From positions 128,001 through 192,000 of the forward strand of contig CAWDML010000009.1 in NCBI GenBank assembly GCA_963803435.1: a DNA stretch of 64,000 nucleotides, in the 5' to 3' direction. Positions 52,833-61,351 of the stretch are shown here, one piece after another. Position 1 is the first letter of the stretch; every line of letters begins with the position of its first letter. The notes below the pieces were generated by a model. It was given only the letters and a program-made list of their open reading frames with translations, searched no databases and was not told the origin of the DNA. Made by a program: the position numbers and the translations under genes. This DNA is from an uncultured delta proteobacterium. Its GTDB lineage: Bacteria > Myxococcota > Kuafuiibacteriia > Kuafuiibacteriales > Kuafuiibacteriaceae.

Positions 52833-54005
52833 TTGGTTTCGGATTGCCCAAGGGTTCTCGTCTGTGGGCTCGCGTGCTGCGCCGCCGTTGTCCTCCCCGA
52901 GGTGGCCGCCGCCGACTGGCAGACCGAGACCATCGCCGAGATGCAGGTCCACCTGTACGTGCCGTCGACCCCGGGCCCCGTCGGGGCGGGGCGGGCGCTG
53001 CTGATCGCGCTCCACGGCTGTACGCAGAGCCCGGACGCCCTCCGCGATCGCGGTCAGCTCGAGGGACCGTCCGAGCGTCACGGTGCGGTGATCGCGCTCC
53101 CGGCCGTGCCCAACGGCGGGGTGATCGCCGGCTGCTGGGACTACTACGGCGCCAATCACACCGTCGACAGCCGTCATGATCGGTACCTCATCGCGCTCGC
53201 GGATGCGCTGGCCGCCGACGATGCCCTGGGGATCGATCCCAACCAGATCTATCTCATCGGTCTCTCCTCGGGCGGCGGTGAAGCGGCGGTGATGGCATGT
53301 CTCGCGCCGGACCGGTTCGCCGGCATCGGCATCAATGCGGGGCCTCCGGTCGGCACCAGCGTGACCCAGGCGAGCGTCGTCTCCACCGATCGCGACACCG
53401 CGGTGGGCGTCTGTCGGGACCTCGCCGGGCCGCGCGCCGCCGGCTTCGAGACCCAGCTCACCACCGTGATCGCGGGATCGAACGACTTCGTGGTGGCGCA
53501 AGGGTACGCGCCGCTGAACGCCGAGATCATGGCTGAGATTTATCGCGGCGGCGGGGCGGCCTTGACCGTCGCGCCCCTTACGGTCTCGCCCGGGGGCGAG
53601 GGGATGATTCGGTCGGACGCGCTCGGCCCGCGGGTCTCGGAGCTGATCGTCCAGGGCATGGGTCACGCCTTCCCGGCCGGCGAGGGCGACGGGCTCGAGA
53701 CCAACTTCGTGGCGCAGAAGGGTGTCGCCTGGCCGGAGTATGTGCTCGGCTTCTTCGAGGCGAACAACCGCCGCCTCGGCGGACCCTTCCCGCAGGCGGA
53801 CGGCGGCGTCGTGGCCGACGGCAGCGTTCCGCTCGACGCCGGCGTCCCCCCGGATGGCTCGATCTCTCAGACGCCGGATTCCGGCGCTCTCAGCCCGCCT
53901 GTGCCGGATCCCGGTTGCTCCTGCAGGACCGTGCCCGCGGTCGAGGGCGTGCCGTTCTCTCTGTTGTTGGCCCTGCTCGGGTTGCGGCGGCGCAAGAGAG
54001 GTTGA
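52833..54005 (+). CDS. extracellular PHB depolymerase-family esterase with MYXO-CTERM-like tail
   Basis: LHGCTQ, GCWDY, GLSSGG lipase box, GMGHAFPAG; PGCSC...LLALLGLRRRKR. Confidence 0.88.
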   Translation: MVSDCPRVLVCGLACCAAVVLPEVAAADWQTETIAEMQVHLYVPSTPGPVGAGRALLIALHGCTQSPDALRDRGQLEGPSERHGAVIALPAVPNGGVIAGCWDYYGANHTVDSRHDRYLIALADALAADDALGIDPNQIYLIGLSSGGGEAAVMACLAPDRFAGIGINAGPPVGTSVTQASVVSTDRDTAVGVCRDLAGPRAAGFETQLTTVIAGSNDFVVAQGYAPLNAEIMAEIYRGGGAALTVAPLTVSPGGEGMIRSDALGPRVSELIVQGMGHAFPAGEGDGLETNFVAQKGVAWPEYVLGFFEANNRRLGGPFPQADGGVVADGSVPLDAGVPPDGSISQTPDSGALSPPVPDPGCSCRTVPAVEGVPFSLLLALLGLRRRKRG

Positions 54006-54008
54006 CGC

Positions 54009-54920
54009 TTGCTGGTCATCCAGACGCGCCGGCGCCTCGTGTCGTACGAGACGTTCGGCGCCGGTCGGACCCCGGTGCTCCTGATCCACGGAAACTTCGC
54101 GTCGCCGAGGTGGTGGCGGCCGCTCGGGCGCGTGCTGCCGGGCGGCCTTCTCGCGCGCGCGCCGGCGTTGCCAGGCTTTGCCGGGACACCGCTCGGATTC
54201 GAGAAGGTCACGATGCAAGCGCTGGCGGAGGACACCGCCGAGTTCGCGACGGCGACCGGGATGGAGCGGTTCCACGTGGTGGCGCACTCGCTCGGGACCG
54301 CCGTGGCCATGGAGCTCGCACGGGCGGCGCCCGATCGGGTCGCGAGCCTGATCCTGCTCGCACCGGTACCGGCTGGCGGGATGTCCGAGCTGATCGACGG
54401 TGCGCGTGCGCCGCCCACGCTGCGCGCCTTCGATCCGCGGCGTCCGTTCGCGGGGGCCGCGCTTCACCTGGCCAGCACGGTCGCGCAAGCGCTGGGTGTC
54501 CACCGATCGATCCTGGAGCGGACGTTGGTGGACATGGCGCCACGCCTACGCGCGGATCCGATGCTGCCCGGCTTGGTCGACGACGCGGCGGCGATGAGCC
54601 CGCGGGCCATCGTCGAGATGTTCGAGGCGCTCACCCGCTTCGATCTGCGCGCGACGCTCCACGAGGTCAGGGCCCCGACCCTGGTGATCGCCGGCGAGGC
54701 CGATCCGCTGATCCCGCTCCGCCACGCCCGCGCCCTGGCGGCGCGCCTCCCGCGAGCACACCTCACGTCGTACCCCGCGGTCGCCCACGGGTTGCCCATC
54801 GAGGCGCCCGAGGCCGTCGCCCGGAGCCTGGGCCACTTCGTCCGCTTCGGGCGCTGGTGGGTGGTGGCGCGCCGCTGGTTTGTGCTCCGCAATATGACCG
54901 ATGTTGACTCACCGGCCTGA
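54009..54920 (+). CDS. alpha/beta hydrolase
   Basis: LIHGN, AHSLG, GEADP, AHG motifs. Confidence 0.88.
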   Translation: MLVIQTRRRLVSYETFGAGRTPVLLIHGNFASPRWWRPLGRVLPGGLLARAPALPGFAGTPLGFEKVTMQALAEDTAEFATATGMERFHVVAHSLGTAVAMELARAAPDRVASLILLAPVPAGGMSELIDGARAPPTLRAFDPRRPFAGAALHLASTVAQALGVHRSILERTLVDMAPRLRADPMLPGLVDDAAAMSPRAIVEMFEALTRFDLRATLHEVRAPTLVIAGEADPLIPLRHARALAARLPRAHLTSYPAVAHGLPIEAPEAVARSLGHFVRFGRWWVVARRWFVLRNMTDVDSPA

Positions 54921-54943
54921 AGGGGCCTAGGTTGGCGCGGTCT

Positions 54944-55610
54944 ATGTTGCGTCGCAAAATGTTGTTGTTGCTCTGCGTCGCCGGATCCGCCGGCTGCCGG
55001 AATCGACGATCTCACCCTCTACGCGGACGGCGGCGGGCCGAGGACGCCGGCGAAGGAGGCGGACGCGGGCGCGGTGGACCGAGCTGCGCTCCGAAACGAG
55101 AGCCAAGTGCTGGCGTTCCTCGACGGGCACACGCTCGTGATGGACCCGGACGACGTCCCCTCCCATCCGAACGGCTACGACGCGAACGTGAACTTCGGCC
55201 AGGCGACGCAGTGCATCCACCGCGTGGTCATGACGGTCGCGGCCGGCAACTTCCGCCTGGTCACCGAGCTGGGGACGCTCCGCGACGCACCGCAGACCGA
55301 GGACGTGGGCGAGTGCGATCGCTCGACCCCGGACGGGCAGGTCTTCAGCTTCGACAGCACCGCGGCGCGCATCGAGAACGTGCGCGACGACGGGGCCTGC
55401 TTCGACATCACGCTGACCTACGCGGGCTTCGGCCAGGAAGGCCGGGGCGGCTTCTCGGACGATCGCTCGACGCTCTTCCTCGAGCTGTTCTTCCGTGATC
55501 AGGCGGTCGGCGACCGCTGTGCGGACGGCGACGTCGGCGATCGCACCATCACCCTCAACCAAGAGCCGTTCACCGGTGACGCCGTCCAGGCGTACCGGAT
55601 CGAGGAGTAG
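54944..55610 (+). CDS. hypothetical lipoprotein (frameshift near 54995)
   Basis: SAGC lipobox in one frame; body in the 55074-55610 frame. Confidence 0.6.
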
Positions 55611-55613
55611 GCC

Positions 55614-57290
55614 ATGCATCGGAGCCTGTTCGCCGCGCTGATCCTGTGGACCGCGTCCGGCTGCATCCCCGGAAACATCTGGGTGATCGAAGGCGACGAC
55701 GCGCCGCCCGACGGCGGCCGCACGACCGGGTCGCAGCTCGACGCCGGCAGCCCCGCCAACGCTGACGCTGCCGCCGGGGTCGACGGGAGCACGCCCGAGC
55801 TCGACGCCGGCGCCGAGGACGGCGGACTGATCCCCGGTGAGGACGCGGGCGTGGTCGACGGTTCGACGCCGCCTCCGCCGCCTCCGCCTCCGCCCTCCGG
55901 AGGCGGCTACGCGCACGCCTCGGAGCAGGCGAGCGCCCTCGCCGAGGTCCTCGACCTGACCGGTCACTACGGTGTCGCCTCCACGGGCGGACAGCTGATC
56001 GCGTCCAACGCGCAGGGTGGCTCGGGCCTGCCCCGCGAGACACCGGTCTCCTCGTCGGCCAGCGTCCAGATCCCCGCGGGCGCAACCGTCCGTTACGCGC
56101 TGTTCTGGTACACGGGCGTCATCTTCATGAAGCCGCACGACCTCGGCGAGGGCGACTACACCGCCGACGTGGGCGGCCCGCTCGACGACGCGAGCCAGGT
56201 CGCCGCCAACGGCATCACCTTCTCGATCGGCGGACAGTCGATGGGGCCGTTCGACCCGACGGCGCGCCTGCCGCCGAATCCGTCGACGCTCGGCTCCGAG
56301 TCCACCATCTCGCCACGGTCGTACGCGCCCTCGTTCGGGACGCTCACGGGCGTGAAGGAGAGCGTCTGGGGCAACCGGCTCGACGTCACCGGCTTGTTCG
56401 CCGGCAAGAGCGGCGCGGTCGACATCGCGGTCAACCCGCCCGAGCGGATGGACGTCAACGGCAACGACGCCTCGCACAACGGCGGCAATCCGGCCGGCAA
56501 CACCACCTACAACCTGTGCTCGAGCGGCGGGTCCTGGTCGCTGCTCGTCGTCTACGAGAAGAGCGATCTTCCGGAGACCAACCTGGTGCTGATGGACGGC
56601 GCCTGGGCCCGCGCGTGGGACTACATCTTCTTCCACTCGGGTGAGTGGGTGCGCCCGAAGATCCGCATCGATCACGCGCCGCTGCACGCCGGCGCGCGCT
56701 TCTTGATCTACGCCGGCAGCGGTGCGCCCTCGGGCGGCCCCATCCCGACGAACCCCGCCTGCAGCTGCGGCTGCGGAGGCTCGTACACGCTCAAGAACAC
56801 GGCCGGGCCGTACGGACGGAACAACTACTTCTCGGACACGCACGTCGACCCGGCACCCGCCGCCAACGATCCGATCCACCGCGATCGCACGAACGGCCCC
56901 TGGTACCTCCACTCGACCAATCTCACCGCCAAGGCAGGCAACGACTGGACGCTGTTCCAGTCGGGCGCGATCGAGACCGAGTTCCCGAACCTGTTCGAGG
57001 GGGAGCAGGCGCCCACCGCCGACTCGACGCAGCCGGTCACCGACGAAGACAATCCGGATCCCGCGGCCGACACCTACGGCGGTCATCCCTGGAGCGGCCG
57101 CGGTGAGGTCACGTACCTCGCGCACGGTAACGCGCTCTCGGTCGTGGAGGTCGTTCCGGACGCATCGAAGCTGAGCCTCGGATCGACGACCTCGTACCTG
57201 TACTTCAAGGGCGACCAGAAGGACGTCTGGAAGCCGCAGGCCGTGGTCAGCGTGAAGTGGATCCTCTTCGCGACACCGACGGGGGGCTGA
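55614..57290 (+). CDS. surface lipoprotein, beta-rich
   Basis: ASGC lipobox, DAG/Pro linker, IPAGATVRYA.., GSWSLLVVYE, CSCGCG. Confidence 0.75.
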   Translation: MHRSLFAALILWTASGCIPGNIWVIEGDDAPPDGGRTTGSQLDAGSPANADAAAGVDGSTPELDAGAEDGGLIPGEDAGVVDGSTPPPPPPPPPSGGGYAHASEQASALAEVLDLTGHYGVASTGGQLIASNAQGGSGLPRETPVSSSASVQIPAGATVRYALFWYTGVIFMKPHDLGEGDYTADVGGPLDDASQVAANGITFSIGGQSMGPFDPTARLPPNPSTLGSESTISPRSYAPSFGTLTGVKESVWGNRLDVTGLFAGKSGAVDIAVNPPERMDVNGNDASHNGGNPAGNTTYNLCSSGGSWSLLVVYEKSDLPETNLVLMDGAWARAWDYIFFHSGEWVRPKIRIDHAPLHAGARFLIYAGSGAPSGGPIPTNPACSCGCGGSYTLKNTAGPYGRNNYFSDTHVDPAPAANDPIHRDRTNGPWYLHSTNLTAKAGNDWTLFQSGAIETEFPNLFEGEQAPTADSTQPVTDEDNPDPAADTYGGHPWSGRGEVTYLAHGNALSVVEVVPDASKLSLGSTTSYLYFKGDQKDVWKPQAVVSVKWILFATPTGG

Positions 57291-57294
57291 GAGG

Positions 57295-57684
57295 ATGAAG
57301 CCGGGAGACAGCGTCGAGGTCCGGCGCACGTTCACCCAGGAGGACTTCGATCGGTTCGCGCGGCTCAGCGGTGACGACAACCCGATCCACGTCGACGCCG
57401 AGTTCGCCCGGACGACGCGCTTCGGTCGGACCCTCTGCCATGGGATGCTGCTGTTCTCCGCGGCCAGCGCGGTCATCCGCAACCGGTTCCCCGGCCCGGG
57501 CACCCGGATCGTCGACCAGTCGCTCAAGTTTCCCGGGCCGACCTTCGCCGGCGACGAGTGCCGCATCCGCATCCAGGTGCTGTCGATCTCGAGCGACGGC
57601 AAACACGCCGGCCTCTCTGCGGTCATCGACAAGGACGACGGCACCACGTGCCTGGAAGGTCACACGGAGGTGCTGCTGCCATGA
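57295..57684 (+). CDS. MaoC/PhaJ-like (R)-specific enoyl-CoA hydratase
   Basis: FARLSGDDNPIHVD.EFA..TRFG...HGML. Confidence 0.92.
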   Translation: MKPGDSVEVRRTFTQEDFDRFARLSGDDNPIHVDAEFARTTRFGRTLCHGMLLFSAASAVIRNRFPGPGTRIVDQSLKFPGPTFAGDECRIRIQVLSISSDGKHAGLSAVIDKDDGTTCLEGHTEVLLP

Positions 57685-58049
57685 AGCCCTACGCGCTCGG
57701 ACAGTCCGCCTCCCGGCGCCGGACGTTCTCGGACGAGGACTTGGAGCGATACCGCGATCTCACCGGTGATCGCATCGAGGTCGGCGTGGTACCCGGTCCG
57801 CTGATCGGCGGCCTGTTCTCCGATCTGCTCGGTACCGAGCTGCCCGGGGCCGGCACCAACTGGATGAAGCAGCACCTCCGATTCGTGGGGACCCCGCAGG
57901 TCGGCACCGAGCTCATCGCCACGGTCGAGATCATCCGTCTTCGGCCCGACAAGGACCTGCTCAACCTCCGGACGCTCTGCATCGACCTCTTCGGCCGCCT
58001 CATCTGCGACGGTGAAGCCCTGGTGATGGCCCGGGAGATGCGGGCTTGA
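57681..58049 (+). CDS. MaoC-like hotdog-fold protein lacking the D-x-N-P-x-H motif
   Basis: RTFSDED...LTGD, LLGTELPGAGT..MKQ.LRF; ATGA overlap with the previous gene. Confidence 0.75.
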   Translation: MKPYALGQSASRRRTFSDEDLERYRDLTGDRIEVGVVPGPLIGGLFSDLLGTELPGAGTNWMKQHLRFVGTPQVGTELIATVEIIRLRPDKDLLNLRTLCIDLFGRLICDGEALVMAREMRA

Positions 58050-58168
58050 ACCGGAGCGTCGGCTGGCCGGCTGACCGCCCGGCGAAGACCGCATCGCACG
58101 GACGCGGGGACGTCGGTCGTGCATCCGATGGCTTGGCCGCGCTTCGAGACTGAAATCAGCAGGTGCGA

Positions 58169-60142
58169 ATGGTGAGGTCATGGCTGGTCCTCTCGCTCTT
58201 GATCGGCGCGTGCGACTGCGGCGAGGGCAAGCAGCTCACGAAGCGCCACGCCGAGGCGGAGGTCGATCCTCAATCGATCGACTTCGGGGACGTGACCGTG
58301 GGGTCCACCGAGCTTCGCGCGGTGGGCGTGCGGAACATCGGTGACTACGCGCTCCAGATCGAGAACGTACGGATCTCGCAACCCGAGGCCTTCAGCATCG
58401 CCCAGAAGCTCCCGGAGCTGCTCGAGGCCGGCGCGCAGGCCACGCTCGGGATCGAGTTCGCGCCGCCGTCCGCCGGGCCCTGGGAGGGGACGATCAACAT
58501 CGAGACGGACGACACGATCGGGACGCACGAGGTGACGGTTCGAGGAAACGGCGTGGTGGCCCCGGCTGCTTGCCAGCTCACCGTGACGCCTGCGGCCGTC
58601 CAGTATCCTCCGGTCCAGATCGGGGCCTCGTCGGATCAGGAGGTCCTGATCTCCAACGCCTCTGCGGGCGAATGCAACGTCTCGCGACTCGAGATCGCCG
58701 GGGACGGCGCCGCCGACTTCAGCCTCCTCGCCGCCAACCCGGGCGCGCTCGCACCGGGCGCCAGCGCGACGATCGGCGTCCGGTTCGTTCGGTCGACGGC
58801 GGCCGATCCAGGCGCGACCTTCCTCGAGATCGAGTCGGACGATCCCACGAACATGCTCCGCCGGATCCCGCTCCTGGTGGGTGAGCAACGCCCGGGTCTG
58901 TGCGTGATGCCGACGGCCATCCACTTCGGCGTGATCTCGGGCTCCGCTACCCGTGACATCACCGCGACCGCGTGCGGTGATCACGACGTCAGCCTCACCG
59001 CGCTCGACTTCACCACGGCGAACCCGGAGATCTCGATGACCGGCGCGCCCACGCTGCCGCTGGTGATCCCGATCGGCACGAGCCGAACGATCACGATCCA
59101 GTACGCGCCCACGGATCAGACCGACGACCGCGCGATCCTCACGATCCGCTCCGACGACGCGCTGGTGCCGAGCGTCGATGTCGAGATCACGGGAAGCCCG
59201 GACATCGTGCCTCCCGACGTGGGCCGCTTCCTCTATTACTGGCAGATCGACGCGGCCTCTTCCTCCAACATCGTGCGCATTCCGCTCCAGGGCGGCGGCG
59301 CTGCCCAGAACTACTGGGGCCAGAGCACGGGGCAGACCGGCTGCCCCGGCTGTCACCAGGTCTCCCGCGACGGCCGCTACGTGGCGGTCGTCGAGTTCGA
59401 CATCTTCCAGACGCTCTACGTGATCGACACCATGACGGACACCAAGATCACTCTGCCGCTCCAGCTGCTCCTGGGCAGCTCCTTCTCGTGGCGGCCCGAC
59501 GTCGGCGGCTCCCCGCCGTACCAGTACGTCGTCGGCGTGAACGGCGACCTTCGCCTGGGATCGATCGGCGGCGGCTACCTGGGCCCGCTCACCGGCGCGA
59601 GCGACCCGAGCGTCGACGAAGCCATGCCGGCCTGGGGTCCCGACGGCAAGATCGTCTTCGTGCGCGGTCAGGGCGATGCCAACTTCCCCGGCTTCGGCTT
59701 CCAGGGCCCCACCGATCTCATGTCGGTGCCGGAGACCGGCGGTACCGCCACTCCGCTCGCCGGTGCCAGTGGGAACGGCTACGGCAACTACTACCCCGCC
59801 TACTCGCCCAGCGGCCGCTGGATCTCGTTCACCCAGAGCCGCGCCGGCGGCTCCACCTACGCCGCCGCCGACGCCCAGGTCCGCCTGGCCTCCGCGGACG
59901 GCCTGGGCACCGTGCTCGACCTCCCGATCATCAACGGCAACAACGGCGCCACCAGCTTCCCCACCTGGAGCCGCGACGGCACGTACCTGTCGATCAGCAG
60001 CAACCGCACCGGCGGCGTCGGGGACTGGGACATCTACATCGCGCCGATCGACGAGGCGACGGGCATGGAGCTGGGCGCGCCGACGAACCTCACGACGGCG
60101 AACACGCCCGGCTTCGAGCACGCGGCCCAGTGGTCGCCGTGA
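58169..60142 (+). CDS. lipoprotein with ASH/choice-of-anchor-D Ig domains and TolB-like propeller
   Basis: ACDC; IDFGDV..G Ig repeats; CPGCH; PAWGPDG, PAYSPSG, PTWSRDG (PD40-type) repeats. Confidence 0.85.
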   Translation: MVRSWLVLSLLIGACDCGEGKQLTKRHAEAEVDPQSIDFGDVTVGSTELRAVGVRNIGDYALQIENVRISQPEAFSIAQKLPELLEAGAQATLGIEFAPPSAGPWEGTINIETDDTIGTHEVTVRGNGVVAPAACQLTVTPAAVQYPPVQIGASSDQEVLISNASAGECNVSRLEIAGDGAADFSLLAANPGALAPGASATIGVRFVRSTAADPGATFLEIESDDPTNMLRRIPLLVGEQRPGLCVMPTAIHFGVISGSATRDITATACGDHDVSLTALDFTTANPEISMTGAPTLPLVIPIGTSRTITIQYAPTDQTDDRAILTIRSDDALVPSVDVEITGSPDIVPPDVGRFLYYWQIDAASSSNIVRIPLQGGGAAQNYWGQSTGQTGCPGCHQVSRDGRYVAVVEFDIFQTLYVIDTMTDTKITLPLQLLLGSSFSWRPDVGGSPPYQYVVGVNGDLRLGSIGGGYLGPLTGASDPSVDEAMPAWGPDGKIVFVRGQGDANFPGFGFQGPTDLMSVPETGGTATPLAGASGNGYGNYYPAYSPSGRWISFTQSRAGGSTYAAADAQVRLASADGLGTVLDLPIINGNNGATSFPTWSRDGTYLSISSNRTGGVGDWDIYIAPIDEATGMELGAPTNLTTANTPGFEHAAQWSP

Positions 60143-60161
60143 GAAGGACGACACGGACTAT

Positions 60162-60227
60162 GAGCGTGTAGCGCGTAAGCGCTCACGCGACCCCGGTCCG
60201 GGTCCCGGTCCCGGTCCGGGTCCCGAT
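60162..60227. repeat. left inverted-repeat arm with (CC/GGGTC)n hexamers
   Basis: GAGCGTGTAGCGCGTAAGCGCTCACGCGACCCCGGTCCGGGTCCCGGTCCCGGTCCGGGTCCCGAT. Confidence 0.9.
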
Positions 60228-60247
60228 CTGAAGATGGCTGCCTTGAG

Positions 60248-60782
60248 TCAGACGCTCGCGACGGTCGCGAGCTTCGATCGGTAGAGCTTGAGCAGGTTGT
60301 GGGTGAGGCAGACGAGCGTCCACTCGGCTCGTACCTTGAAGAAGGAGCGTAGCGAGAACCGGCGGAATCCTCGTGCCCCTTTGATCTGTCCGAGCGCCGG
60401 TTCGACGATACTCTTCCTGCGGGCGTAGACCGCCTTGCCGTGGCGCGTTTGCAACTTGTCTCGCATTCGCTTTGTGCTTGCTCGCGTTCGCCTGCACGTT
60501 CGAGCCATCAATGTCTTCGTAGGTCGCCCGCGCGATCCTCCGCGACGAATAGATGCCGGTGCAGTAGGCGTACAGAAGCAGCGCGATCATCATTCGAGGC
60601 GAGTACGGTCGCTCGCCTCGCGGGTCCTTGGACTGGATCGAGATCTCGATCGCGCTCAGCTCTACCTCATCGACGACGTCCAAGACGAAGTACGCGAGAT
60701 GATTTTCTGGGAGCCACTCGAGAGGGGACGGCGGGAGCAAGAACGATTGTCTCGGAGTCCAAGAACGGTATTGCTTCGCCAC
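60248..60782 (-). pseudogene. internally deleted IS1182-family transposase
   Basis: N-terminus Q.FLLPPS..EWLPENHLA..., LLLYAY.TGI.SSRRI, then DGS.VQANASKHK, then shifted frame YARRKSIVEP.LGQIK..RGFRRF...EW.LVCLTHNLLKL; most of the core is missing. Confidence 0.88.
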
Positions 60783-60901
60783 GAAACCATGGGATCAAGT
60801 CCAGGCGTCGAAGTCGATCCGCCCAACGATCGATTCCAGACGAAACGACCTCCAAGAACTTCTGCTGGTCAAAGTGGACGAGCTACCGCAAGCTAGCTTG
60901 C

Positions 60902-61270
60902 ATGGTCACTTTCGATCACGAGAAGCTCGAGGTCTACCAGCTCGCCGTCGAGTATGCCGACATCGCTGAAGAGATCGCACAAGAACTGCAACCCGGTCAC
61001 GCTCACGTCCGCGATCAGCTTCGGCGGGCATCCGATTCCATCGTGAACAACACCGCCGAGGGCGCCGGAGAGTTCAATCCACCTGAGAAGGCTCGCTTCT
61101 ACCGGATGGCACTTCGCTCTGGCACCGAAAGCGCCGCCTCACTCCACACCTGCTCGAGGCGCCGACTCCCCAACGAGCAGAAGGTCCAAGCCGCCAGAGC
61201 CAAGCTCAAGCGCGTTGTCGAGAGGCTCACGCGCCTCATCAAGTCGATGAACGCACGCCGGGCTGCATGA
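60902..61270 (+). CDS. four helix bundle protein (23S rRNA IVP / Avd-like family)
   Basis: FDHEKLEVYQLA...DQLRRAS.SIV.N.AEG.G....EKARFYRMA..S..E. Confidence 0.92.
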   Translation: MVTFDHEKLEVYQLAVEYADIAEEIAQELQPGHAHVRDQLRRASDSIVNNTAEGAGEFNPPEKARFYRMALRSGTESAASLHTCSRRRLPNEQKVQAARAKLKRVVERLTRLIKSMNARRAA

Positions 61271-61275
61271 TCGCC

Positions 61276-61328
61276 ATCGGGACCGGGACCCGGACCGGGC
61301 TCGCGGTAGCGCTACGCGCTACACGCTC
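61276..61328. repeat. right inverted-repeat arm with GGACC(C/G) hexamers
   Basis: ATCGGGACCGGGACCCGGACCGGGCTCGCGGTAGCGCTACGCGCTACACGCTC is a near reverse complement of the left arm. Confidence 0.9.
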
Positions 61329-61351
61329 CTAGGAACGATCGGAGGTCCTGG

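Larger units (their letters stand above)
60162..61328. mobile_element. inverted-repeat-bounded IS1182-derived element carrying a four-helix-bundle gene
   Basis: Perfect 16-bp terminal IR GAGCGTGTAGCGCGTA / TACGCGCTACACGCTC extended by hexamer repeats; flanks CTAT / CTAG. Confidence 0.75.

Noticed and set aside
60190-60227. Hexamer tandem repeats as a possible CRISPR array
   Set aside because: No repeat-spacer structure and no cas genes; they are part of the inverted-repeat arms.
60902-61270. Four-helix bundle as DGR Avd
   Set aside because: No reverse transcriptase and no template/variable repeat pair with adenine-specific mismatches seen in the window.
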